DNA of 27,488 nt. It comes from an uncultured Dehalococcoidia bacterium. GTDB lineage: Bacteria; Chloroflexota; Dehalococcoidia; SM23-28-2. The stretch is from positions 1 through 27,488 of the forward strand of contig CAZSHQ010000001.1 in NCBI GenBank assembly GCA_964606995.1, given 5' to 3'. Shown here piece after piece: positions 16,772 to 24,899 of this stretch (the first letter of the stretch is position 1; every line of letters starts with the position of its first letter). A program made the translations under genes and the position numbers. The notes below the pieces were generated by a model. That model saw only the letters and a program-made list of their open reading frames with translations, was not told the DNA's origin and made no database searches.

Positions 16772-17746
16772 CTACACCTCAATACTCATCATAGAGCGAA
16801 TCAGAAAGATACCCATGACCTCCAGCCCCCCTGCTATGAGGAGCAAGACCTTGCCGACAGTTTCAGTAAATAGAGGGGCCATGTAATCGGGGTTCATGGC
16901 GAACATGATCAGGCCCACGAAGATAGGCAGCGCGCCGATGACAACCCCCGTCATGCGCTGTTGAGCGGTGAGGGTCTTGATCTCTCCCCGAATGCGGTCC
17001 CGTTCCCTTATGGTGTAAGCCACGTTGTCCAGCGTCTGGGCCAGATTGCCCCCGACCGACCTCTGAATAGCGACGGCGGTAACAACCATCTCCATGTCGG
17101 GGCTAGCGATGCGATCAGCCAGAGCCTGGATAGCGACCTCAGCCCCGGCACCCAGGTTCGCATCCTGGAGCATGCGCTTGAGCTCATCCGCCAGCGGTGG
17201 CGATATCTGACGGCTGGCGTATTCGAAACCCTGCAGCAATCCATACCCCGATTTCAGGGAGTTGGAGACCAGGGTGAGCATCTCCTCCAGTTGACCGTTG
17301 ATCTTGGCCTGGCGGCTGCGCCGCCGACGACCCACGTACCAGCGGGGCAAGAAGTAGCCAATCGGAGCCGCCGGCAAAGCGATGAGCCAGTTGCGCGTCA
17401 GCAGGAGAGTCAGCAGAAGGAGAAGCATAGCCACGGCAACCCTGAGGGTCATGTATTCGCCTACCCGCAAGGGAATGCCCGCCCGTTCCAGCGCCAGGAC
17501 TGAGCTCTCCACTTGGCGGCTGCCACCCAGAATGCCAGCGAGGGGGCCCAGCTTGCCGCGATCGGTAGGACGCAACAGCGACTCATCACCGACGCCGCTG
17601 GGGCGACTCGTCTCGCCCCGACTAAGCTCCTCCAGGCGGCGGCTAAGTGCCCCCTGCCCAGAGCCCCGAATCTGAGAAATGCCAATGACAAGCAGCGTTA
17701 CAGTGGCCATCACGGCCACGGCTACTAGAAGCGCCAGCGGTTGCAT
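16772..17746 (-). CDS. tadB: Tad pilus inner-membrane platform protein (T2SS F family)
   Basis: 'LVSNSLKSGYGLLQG', 'IQRSVGGNLAQTLDNVAYTIRER..IRGEIKTLTAQQRMT'. Confidence 0.9.
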   Translation of the reverse strand: MQPLALLVAVAVMATVTLLVIGISQIRGSGQGALSRRLEELSRGETSRPSGVGDESLLRPTDRGKLGPLAGILGGSRQVESSVLALERAGIPLRVGEYMTLRVAVAMLLLLLTLLLTRNWLIALPAAPIGYFLPRWYVGRRRRSRQAKINGQLEEMLTLVSNSLKSGYGLLQGFEYASRQISPPLADELKRMLQDANLGAGAEVAIQALADRIASPDMEMVVTAVAIQRSVGGNLAQTLDNVAYTIRERDRIRGEIKTLTAQQRMTGVVIGALPIFVGLIMFAMNPDYMAPLFTETVGKVLLLIAGGLEVMGIFLIRSMMSIEV

Positions 17747-17750
17747 CGGC

Positions 17751-19130
17751 CTACCACTCCGCTACGTTCTGAAACAAGCCCTCAGGCACAGCAATGCCGG
17801 CCAGGGCGAAGCCTTCGGCGAAGGTAGGACGGATGCCCGTGGACTGCAGCCGCCCCAAAATACGGCCGTGCTCATCGATGCCCTCCTGCTCAAAGCGGAA
17901 GATGTCCTGGAGAGTGACAATCTCCCCCTCCATGCCGCTCACCTCAGTGATGTGGGTTATGCGGCGGCCGCCGTCGCGGAAGCGCGCTATCTGAAGAACA
18001 AGGTGAAGGGCCGACGACATCTGCTCACGGATGGCCCGCATTGGCAGGTCCAGATTGGCCATTAGCACCATGTTCTCCAGCCTGGCCAGAGCATCGCGAG
18101 GCGAGTTAGAGTGAATGGTGCTGAGGGAGCCCTCGTGGCCGGTGTTCATGGCATTGAGCATGTCGAACGCCTCGCCGCCACGCACCTCACCGATGAGGAT
18201 ACGGTCGGGCCGCATGCGCAGGGTGTTGCGCAACAGCTCCCGCTGGGTCACCTCCCCCCGGCCATCCACGTTGGGGGGGCGAGCCTCCAGGCTGATGACG
18301 TGCGGCTGCTGAAGCTGGAGCTCCAGAGGGTCCTCGATGGTCACAATGCGCTCGGAATCGGGAATGAAGGCAGACACGGCGTTGAGAAGGGTCGTCTTGC
18401 CGGTGCCTGTGCCGCCGGAGACCAGGGCATTCAAACGAAGCTCCACACAAGCCCCCAAGAACTGGCCTATTTCGGCGCTGAGGGTGCCCACCTTCACCAG
18501 GTCATCCATGGTCAACTTGCTTCTAAGGAACTTGCGGATGGTCATGGTGGGGCTCTTGGGGGCCAAGGGAGGGATAATAACGTTCACGCGCGAGCCATCG
18601 GCCAGGCGGGCATCCACCATGGGAGAGCTCTCGTCGACGCGCCGCCCCAGGGGAGCGATGATCCGCTCCACAATCTGCATGACATGGTCCACATCGCGAA
18701 AGCGAACGTCGCTCTGATACATGATGCCATCCCGCTCGAAGTACACCTCCTCGGGCGAGTTCACCATCACCTCAGAGATAGACGAGTCGTGCAGCAAGGG
18801 CTCGATGGGTCCCAGACCCACCACCTCATCCACCACCCGGGTGGCCACGGCATCCCGCACCAGGGCGTTCAGAGACTCCCGCCCCAGCAGGGCCTTTACT
18901 GCCTCCTCCACCGCCTGACGCCGCTTGTCAGGAGGCATCGCCTCCAACTTCTCGGCTTCCAGCTCATCGATGAGCCTCTGATGGAAGCGATAGACCAGTT
19001 GCTCTAGTTCCTCCCCCAAACGAGCCGAGCGGCGGGCCGGCGCTGCCACCTGAGAACTAGACTTACCTGGTGGCTGGTCACCGTCATTCTGCTCTGGAAG
19101 TCGTTCAGTTCGCCGGCGCCACTGACTCAT
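17751..19130 (-). CDS. cpaF: Tad pilus assembly ATPase CpaF/TadA
   Basis: Walker A '[12 protein letters not shown]', 'TIEDPLEL', '[18 protein letters not shown]', '[12 protein letters not shown]'. SD AAGGAG. Confidence 0.95.
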   Translation of the reverse strand: MSQWRRRTERLPEQNDGDQPPGKSSSQVAAPARRSARLGEELEQLVYRFHQRLIDELEAEKLEAMPPDKRRQAVEEAVKALLGRESLNALVRDAVATRVVDEVVGLGPIEPLLHDSSISEVMVNSPEEVYFERDGIMYQSDVRFRDVDHVMQIVERIIAPLGRRVDESSPMVDARLADGSRVNVIIPPLAPKSPTMTIRKFLRSKLTMDDLVKVGTLSAEIGQFLGACVELRLNALVSGGTGTGKTTLLNAVSAFIPDSERIVTIEDPLELQLQQPHVISLEARPPNVDGRGEVTQRELLRNTLRMRPDRILIGEVRGGEAFDMLNAMNTGHEGSLSTIHSNSPRDALARLENMVLMANLDLPMRAIREQMSSALHLVLQIARFRDGGRRITHITEVSGMEGEIVTLQDIFRFEQEGIDEHGRILGRLQSTGIRPTFAEGFALAGIAVPEGLFQNVAEW

Positions 19131-19142
19131 CTTTCTCCTTCC

Positions 19143-20447
19143 TTATCTGGTCCATTCCTCTGCCGCCGGTGTCGCGGGTACCTCCGACACCGCCTCGGCA
19201 GCCCCTTCCGCGGCGACCCCTGGCTCGGCCTGCGGCTCGCCCTGTGGCCTTCCCAGCAGAGGGATGCGGTCGCCCAGGCGCTCCAGCATGCCCTTGGGCC
19301 GGGAGCGGATGCCGCCAATGGCGTAGGACAGCTCCACAAGGCTCTGAGAGGCTTTGGACTTGGGCTTGGCCGCCACTATGGGCATACCCAACTGCGTGGT
19401 CTGGGAGATGCTACGATCGTAGGGGATTGTCCAGAAGATCTCCTTGCCCAGAACCCGTCGAATATCGACCCGTGTGTCGCGGTGGGCATCGCTGGTGTGG
19501 TTGATCACTATCTTCACCTTCTCCGACGGGAAGGACCAGGAGCGAAGCATCTCCAGGGCCAGGATGGTATCCTTCAGGCTGGCCAGATCGGGAGTGGCTA
19601 TCAGCAGAAGAATGGTGCACATCTCCAGAGCACGAGACACGATGTCGTTGAAGGCACCGGGTGTGTCCAGAAGGACGTAATCGTGGGTGGTGGCCAGGAC
19701 CGACACCATCTTCTCGATGTGGCCGGGGTGGATGCTGTGCCATTCGGATGGCCGAATGGGCGCCGGCAAGATGGCCACGCCAGTGCCATGCGTGTACAGG
19801 CAGGACTGGACGGCCTCGCGATCGATCTCCTCGTCCGGTAGAGCCAGGTCAGAGATGCTGCGGTCGGTGGGCATGTCCATGAGGATGGCCACGTCGCCAA
19901 AGCGGGTGTCCAGGTCCACCAGGGCCACCGATTGGCCCGTCTTCTGCACCAGGGCAGTAGCCAGATTGGTAGCGATGGTAGTCTTGCCGATCCCTCCTTT
20001 GGCCCCGAAGATGGTAACCACCGTCCCGTAGGCCTGGGCCTCCACCTCCCCTGCCAAGCGCTGCTGGCGCCTCTCTTCCTGAGCAAGAGCAGCGTGGATG
20101 GAGCGACCCAGATCCTCCTCCTGCAGAGGAGCGACGAGGTAGTCCTTGACCCCCACCTGCATGGCGCGCCGGATGTAACTAGGGTCGCCGATTGATGAGT
20201 AGGCGATGATCGGCACCTGGGGGAGAACGTCGCCCACTGACTCGAGGGTCTGCAGGGAGCGAGCTATAGGCTCCTCCAGGGCCACCACCACCACCTCAGG
20301 CGTCGTCTCGCGGGCCAGGGTCATGGCCTCCATCCCGTAGCCGGCAGCGCCCATCACAGCGAAGCCTGACAGGGCCAGCATTCGCTGGGTTTCCGCCCGG
20401 CTGGACGGATCCTGGTCGATTATGATTACCTTGGGGTTCCTAGCCAC
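19143..20447 (-). CDS. cpaE: CpaE/TadZ: receiver-like domain plus ParA/MinD ATPase
   Basis: N-terminal REC fold, deviant Walker A 'GAKGGIGKTTIA', 'VDLDTRFGDV'. SD GAGGAGG precedes a GTG start. Confidence 0.88.
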   Translation of the reverse strand: MARNPKVIIIDQDPSSRAETQRMLALSGFAVMGAAGYGMEAMTLARETTPEVVVVALEEPIARSLQTLESVGDVLPQVPIIAYSSIGDPSYIRRAMQVGVKDYLVAPLQEEDLGRSIHAALAQEERRQQRLAGEVEAQAYGTVVTIFGAKGGIGKTTIATNLATALVQKTGQSVALVDLDTRFGDVAILMDMPTDRSISDLALPDEEIDREAVQSCLYTHGTGVAILPAPIRPSEWHSIHPGHIEKMVSVLATTHDYVLLDTPGAFNDIVSRALEMCTILLLIATPDLASLKDTILALEMLRSWSFPSEKVKIVINHTSDAHRDTRVDIRRVLGKEIFWTIPYDRSISQTTQLGMPIVAAKPKSKASQSLVELSYAIGGIRSRPKGMLERLGDRIPLLGRPQGEPQAEPGVAAEGAAEAVSEVPATPAAEEWTR

Positions 20448-20465
20448 CTAAGGCCTCCTCCCGCA

Positions 20466-21341
20466 TTAACGTCCGAAAGGATTGGGAAGGTTAGAAGGCA
20501 AGATCTCAGGGTTGACAATGGCTGGCACCGTTGACTCGTCCGTTTCTCCCACCGGCCGCAACGACAGTTTGAGAACGCCCATCTCCTCCGCCAGGGCCAG
20601 CTTCTGAGCCTCCGCGGGTGTCACTGCCAGGGTCACGTTGGTGGCATCGGGATTGGGGTCGGCGGGATTGGGGAGAACGGGCTGAGATCCCTCACCGGTC
20701 GTGCCGTCGTCGCCCTCCTCAGGCAAGGCCTCAGCCACCTCCTGGGCCACTGCCAGCACCTGCACGTTCTGCAAGACAGTGACCGCCACGTAATCATCAA
20801 AGTCCTCCGAGGACGTGGGGTCGTCCTCCTTGATCCCGTAGAACGTAACATCGAAAACGCCGATGACATCCACGAAGTCCCCGGGCAGGATCAGGCCACC
20901 GGCGCCCGTGACCTCACTCACCTGCACGGACACCGCTCGCTGGTCGGGCGGCACCACATAAGAAAGGGGCAATTCCTCGTCACCCGCCCCCGGCACCTCC
21001 CTGGCGGTTGCCGCCACCTTGCTGCTCAGAATCTGTTCCTCGGCAGCGATAGGCAGACGAGTGACCATGCCAATCAACTGATCAGTGGATGAAAAGGCAT
21101 CCGGATGCACTGCGCTCTCTGCCAGGGACTTCACTTCCACCATTTCAGCCGTGATGCGCACACGAGCGGACATGTCCTCCGTGGCGACCACCACTGGCTT
21201 GGTGGCCGCGGCGCTCGCCTCCCCGTCACCCCCACCCTGGCTGAGGTAGACGTAGACCAGCACCGCGCTAACAAGGCCCAAGAAAAGGGCCACTAATAAG
21301 ACCGCTTTGTTGCTCCTGCCGCCCCCAACGCGATTTCGCAT
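20466..21341 (-). CDS. cpaB: Flp pilus assembly protein CpaB/RcpC
   Basis: N-terminal TM, SAF domain 'VVVATED....RIT.EMV', 'RAVSVQVSEVTGAGGLILPGDFVDV', 'VLQNVQVLAV', 'VTLAVTPAEAQKL'. Start set at ATG 21341. Confidence 0.9.
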   Translation of the reverse strand: MRNRVGGGRSNKAVLLVALFLGLVSAVLVYVYLSQGGGDGEASAAATKPVVVATEDMSARVRITAEMVEVKSLAESAVHPDAFSSTDQLIGMVTRLPIAAEEQILSSKVAATAREVPGAGDEELPLSYVVPPDQRAVSVQVSEVTGAGGLILPGDFVDVIGVFDVTFYGIKEDDPTSSEDFDDYVAVTVLQNVQVLAVAQEVAEALPEEGDDGTTGEGSQPVLPNPADPNPDATNVTLAVTPAEAQKLALAEEMGVLKLSLRPVGETDESTVPAIVNPEILPSNLPNPFGR

Positions 21342-21447
21342 CACAGGTTCCCCCTCATGCCCGCAGCTCTGCCGGCCAGGCAAGCTGCTAACGGGCGCGG
21401 GCCTTCTTCTGCCCGCCCCCTACCTCGAACGTTCGCTCACGACCCGG

Positions 21448-22716
21448 TCATGGGTTCAGCGTCGGCACCAGACGGATGCCGGTCACGAGCTCCCAGCCTA
21501 TCGTTTCGAAAACCGGAGTCAGGTCCCCTCCCTCGGGCTCTTCGAAGTAGTGGTACTCGTCGGTGGCCATGGCCTGCAGGACATCCCGCGCCGGGGCGTC
21601 CTCCCACTCACCGCTGTCGCACCCGCACAGACTTCCGGGTCCCGGATCTTCCACGCCATAGCCAATCGTGTATACCTCGATCCCCAGAGCCTTGGCGTCT
21701 TCCGCCATTTCGACGGCGTGCTCGCAGGGGTTGTAGCTGTCGGGCTCGGGGCCGCACTGACCGTTCTGGCCATCCTCTGGCTGGTTGGCCGCTCCGTCGG
21801 AGAGGAAGATTATCCCCCAGTGCTCGTCGGGCCTGCCGTTGGTCTGCAACTCCTCGGCGGCGGCCCACATCGGATCGCCTAGGTCCGTGCCCACCTGGGA
21901 CGTTTTCAGGCAGCTAATGTTGGCCACCAGCGAGCTGCTCTCGTCCGGCGAGCCGTCGGGGTTCTGATAGTCATCGCTCAGATGGGTGGTCACCCAGCGC
22001 GACTCCGGCAGGTTCGGATAGGGCAGCGGCGGGTTGCACTGCCAACCCCCCGGCCACGACCACCAGCACTTGTGCGGTTCGCCCCAGCAGTCGCTCGAGC
22101 TCTTGGCCGGGCCCAGGGCCGCCAGGCCTACCCGCTGCCACTCCTCGGAGAACACTCCCAGGATGGCCTTAGCCGCGTTCTTGGCGTTCGTCATGTCGCT
22201 GCCGCTCATGCTCTGCGTCCGGTCGAGCACCATCATCACATCCAGCGCCCGGAAAGGAGCGGCGCCACACAGACCACGGCAGCCAGCGGCGGTGGCCGAA
22301 ACCGTGACGTCGTCCAGGCCCAGAAGCGGTGCGAAATTCAGGGGGACGTTGCGCTCAGCGTGAACGACGATGGTATCCCACCTGTCCGCCGACGAGTCGC
22401 AGGCGATCTCGTATTCACTGGTGCAGGTGAAGCTTATGTCCACGCTGTCCCCATCGGTTACATCGACCTCGTTCTTATCGAGCCACTCGTGAGCGTCTGC
22501 CTCAGCCTCGGTCCACGAGTCAGGCAATTTCTGGGCAGCCGCTAGAGCAGCGGCGTCAACAGCCTTCTGGAGCTCGCGCTTCTCATGCATGAACATCCCT
22601 ACGTCCAGCACCAGCGCCGCGAAGCCCAGGATCACTATCATGGCCAGGGTCCCCAGCACCAGGCCTTGACCGAACTCCTGTCGCCAGAGGGAACGCAGTA
22701 GCCTCAATAGCCTCAC
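21448..22716 (-). CDS. tadG: TadG-like pseudopilin with von Willebrand A domain
   Basis: Prepilin-like 'G/QGLVL...AALVLDVG...ELQKAVDAAALAAA' and vWA 'LDVMMVLDRTQSM...GTDLG...IIFLSDG'. Start is GTG 22716 (SD GGAG) or GTG 22725 (overlapping the tadE stop). Confidence 0.8.
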   Translation of the reverse strand: MRLLRLLRSLWRQEFGQGLVLGTLAMIVILGFAALVLDVGMFMHEKRELQKAVDAAALAAAQKLPDSWTEAEADAHEWLDKNEVDVTDGDSVDISFTCTSEYEIACDSSADRWDTIVVHAERNVPLNFAPLLGLDDVTVSATAAGCRGLCGAAPFRALDVMMVLDRTQSMSGSDMTNAKNAAKAILGVFSEEWQRVGLAALGPAKSSSDCWGEPHKCWWSWPGGWQCNPPLPYPNLPESRWVTTHLSDDYQNPDGSPDESSSLVANISCLKTSQVGTDLGDPMWAAAEELQTNGRPDEHWGIIFLSDGAANQPEDGQNGQCGPEPDSYNPCEHAVEMAEDAKALGIEVYTIGYGVEDPGPGSLCGCDSGEWEDAPARDVLQAMATDEYHYFEEPEGGDLTPVFETIGWELVTGIRLVPTLNP

Positions 22717-22721
22717 GCTAC

Positions 22722-23192
22722 TCACTCCAATCGAAAGTCAGCAGTAGAACTCAGGGTGAAGGACTCGCCAACAGTGCCGCCGCTGACCACGCCGACGATG
22801 CCAGCCAGAGGAGTGATCAGTGAGTAATCGTAGCTCACGTCCACCACCACCGACTCCCCCGGCAGACCTTCGGCATTGGTAACAGTGACCTCCAGGTCGT
22901 CCCCTAACGCGCCTGCCGTGTCGCGCACTTTCCCCTCGATGCACTGGTCGAGCGAGCCCTGCCCATAGCAGGGAGAGCCCACCGCGTCAAGGGCAGGATG
23001 CACAGCCCCCAGACGGCCGCCTTCACGCGCCGAGTTGGTGACTGTAATCCAGGCATGGAAAGCCATGCCAAAATCGACAATTGCACAAAGCACTAGAAGG
23101 AAGATGGGCAACACAAGGGCAAACTCCACCAGCGACTGTCCACCTTCCCCCTTGCCTCTGCGTCTGGTGATGCGCTTAAGGATAGCTAGCAT
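22722..23192 (-). CDS. tadE: TadE-like minor pseudopilin
   Basis: 'G/QSLVEFALVLPIFLLVLCAIVDFG...NSAREGGR' TadE signature. Confidence 0.9.
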   Translation of the reverse strand: MLAILKRITRRRGKGEGGQSLVEFALVLPIFLLVLCAIVDFGMAFHAWITVTNSAREGGRLGAVHPALDAVGSPCYGQGSLDQCIEGKVRDTAGALGDDLEVTVTNAEGLPGESVVVDVSYDYSLITPLAGIVGVVSGGTVGESFTLSSTADFRLE

Positions 23193-23218
23193 GGGCTTCC
23201 TCGTGCTTGACTGCTTCT

Positions 23219-23298
23219 GCAGGAGCGTCGCGGCTCAACCCGAGCGCCTGACGGCACATCTGCCTTGGTTAGCCCTCGTTGGACCGCGACACCCCTGC
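23219..23298 (-). other. Intercistronic RNA stem-loop between flp and tadE
   Basis: 15-bp stem (plus 23219-23233 with 23284-23298). Its two imperfect positions are G-U pairs only on the transcribed minus strand. Confidence 0.6.
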
Positions 23299-23321
23299 TG
23301 TTCTGTTTCTACCTGACTGGC

Positions 23322-23510
23322 CTAGCCTCCGAGAGCGGCCGCTATCTCGTCCAGGAAGCCAGCAATGGCCAAACCGATGATCCCCAAAGCACCCATGCAT
23401 ACCACGGCAATGAGGGCCATGATCAGGCCGTACTCGGTTAGGGCCTGCCCCGACTCCGAGCGGAAGCGGGTTACCAGCCCCACGAAAAACTCGCTGATCT
23501 TGCTTAGCAT
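23322..23510 (-). CDS. flp: Flp family type IVb/c major pilin
   Basis: 62 aa with 'G/QALTEYGLIMALIAVV' (E+5, Y+6 Flp motif). SD GGAGG upstream. Confidence 0.92.
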   Translation of the reverse strand: MLSKISEFFVGLVTRFRSESGQALTEYGLIMALIAVVCMGALGIIGLAIAGFLDEIAAALGG

Positions 23511-23570
23511 CGTTCGTTTGTACCTCCATTAGGCTCCTGCTTTTAGCTGCGGGATAGCTTGCAGGTTCAC

Positions 23571-23687
23571 CTAGGTTGTGATAAGAAAGAAGAGACGTCG
23601 GGCCCCGCGCACTCCGGCGTCCGGGGTGGGGATTTGCGGTCCTGCCAGGCCAGCTCTCCTCACCCCGTCCGTGTTTGTTTTTCTCAT
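23571..23687 (-). CDS. Candidate 38-aa upstream ORF in the flp leader (MRKTNTDGVRRAGLAGPQIPTPDAGVRGARRLFFLITT)
   Basis: ATG 23687 to TAG 23571. Perfect SD TAAGGAGGTG (23703-23712) is 15 nt away, an unusually long spacing; an in-frame ATC lies closer. Confidence 0.3.
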   Translation of the reverse strand: MRKTNTDGVRRAGLAGPQIPTPDAGVRGARRLFFLITT

Positions 23688-23765
23688 TCGCCTCTCGATA
23701 TCCACCTCCTTATCTCAGCAATAGCGACAAGCTAGGCTTATCGCCCATCTAGCCTACCTGAAGGT

Positions 23766-23793
23766 TAGACGCCTGAAACAGGATGTTGTTACA
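23766..23793 (-). promoter_or_regulatory. ECF-type promoter P1 of the flp/tad operon
   Basis: On minus: TGTAAC, 16 nt, CGTCTA. Confidence 0.7.
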
Positions 23794-23838
23794 GTTATGT
23801 CCACTTGCCTCCCAAATCCCTCTCGCCTTTCACTTCAA

Positions 23839-23867
23839 TAGACGTATGACACCGCCCTACCGTTACC
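23839..23867 (-). promoter_or_regulatory. ECF-type promoter P2 of the flp/tad operon
   Basis: On minus: GGTAAC, 17 nt, CGTCTA. Confidence 0.62.
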
Positions 23868-24000
23868 TCTCACGCACGAGAGCTCGCGTGTGGCCGCGCC
23901 GTTGCCTCTGCAGGCCCAATGCGCTACCCTGCCTACCAGTGAGCAGACCTACCTTTAGTGAACCAACCCTAACCCTCACCAGGAATCGAAGGGAATCGCC

Positions 24001-24735
24001 ATGCCGATCGTCGCCGCCCTCCTCGGCCTCATAACCGGCCACATACTGGAAGTGCTCCTGGACCGTTTCTACTCCGACGCGCCTCCCGGAGGCCCTCTCG
24101 TCCGCTGCTCGGCCTGCCGTTCCCCTATCCGCCTCCTTCACCTCCTCCCCCTGCTAGGCTACCTCTGGCATCGTGGCCGCTGTCCCGACTGCGACCAGCG
24201 ATTGCCCATTCGCGTCCTCCTCCTGCCGCCGGCCAGCGCCCTCGTGTTCGCCCTTACCGCCCTGGCCAGCGACCAGTGGGGCCCAACGATCCTGGGCGGC
24301 CTGTTCGCCGCTATCTTCCTGGCCCTGATGACCACAGACCTGGAGCGCCGCCTCATCCCCAATCGCATCGTCTACCCCGCCATGCTCCTGGCCATCGCTG
24401 TGTCCTGCGCCTGGCCCGACCGGGGCATAGGACAAACCCTCGCCGGCGGCGGCCTGGCCTTCGCCATCATGCTCATCGTCTACATCGTCTCCCTCGGCCG
24501 CTTCGGCTTCGGCGATGTGAAGATGGCCACTCTCATGGGCTTCGCCGTGGGCTTCCCTGCCGTGACGGTGGGCCTCTTCTTCACGGCCATCAGCGCCGGC
24601 CTGGCAGCCGCGCTCCTGTTGCTCACAGGGGTCATGCGGCGAGGCCAGTACATTCCTTATGGCCCCTTTATCGCCCTGGGAGCCATCATCTCCCTCCTCT
24701 GGGGCGACACCATCATCGACTGGTACACGGGCTAG
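24001..24735 (+). CDS. A24 family prepilin peptidase with N-terminal Zn-binding domain
   Basis: 'RCSAC...GRCPDC' N-domain. Catalytic aspartates in 'TTDLERRLIPN' and 'GFGDVKM'. C-terminal 'IPYGPFIALG'. Confidence 0.9.
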   Translation: MPIVAALLGLITGHILEVLLDRFYSDAPPGGPLVRCSACRSPIRLLHLLPLLGYLWHRGRCPDCDQRLPIRVLLLPPASALVFALTALASDQWGPTILGGLFAAIFLALMTTDLERRLIPNRIVYPAMLLAIAVSCAWPDRGIGQTLAGGGLAFAIMLIVYIVSLGRFGFGDVKMATLMGFAVGFPAVTVGLFFTAISAGLAAALLLLTGVMRRGQYIPYGPFIALGAIISLLWGDTIIDWYTG

Positions 24736-24745
24736 CGCCCCCTCC

Positions 24746-24773
24746 TTGACAGGGCAGCCGAATAGCGTAGCAT
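24746..24773 (+). promoter_or_regulatory. Orphan sigma70-like promoter with no downstream sense gene
   Basis: TTGACA (24746-24751), 16 nt, TAGCAT (24768-24773). Confidence 0.4.
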
Positions 24774-24872
24774 TCCAGAGGCGGGTCGACAGTTAACGTA
24801 TGCCGCGCGGAACTGCGAACGCATGATGCTGCGCAGGCGAGGCCTAGGCGAGCTGAAGTGCAGAAACTGATG

Positions 24873-24891
24873 AGGGCCAGCCGTTGGCCCT
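24873..24891. terminator. Short hairpin just past the cofE stop
   Basis: AGGGCCA / TGGCCCT 7-bp stem with a 5-nt loop and no clear U-tract. Confidence 0.35.
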
Positions 24892-24899
24892 GCCCCGCC

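Noticed and set aside
21342-21383. 14-aa N-terminal extension of CpaB from ATG 21383
   Set aside because: A better SD (GAGGGGG) precedes ATG 21341, and the TM helix follows soon after.
24863-24876. GAAAC and CTGATGAG resembling hammerhead ribozyme core motifs
   Set aside because: The two motifs overlap directly with no intervening stems, so the hammerhead topology cannot form.
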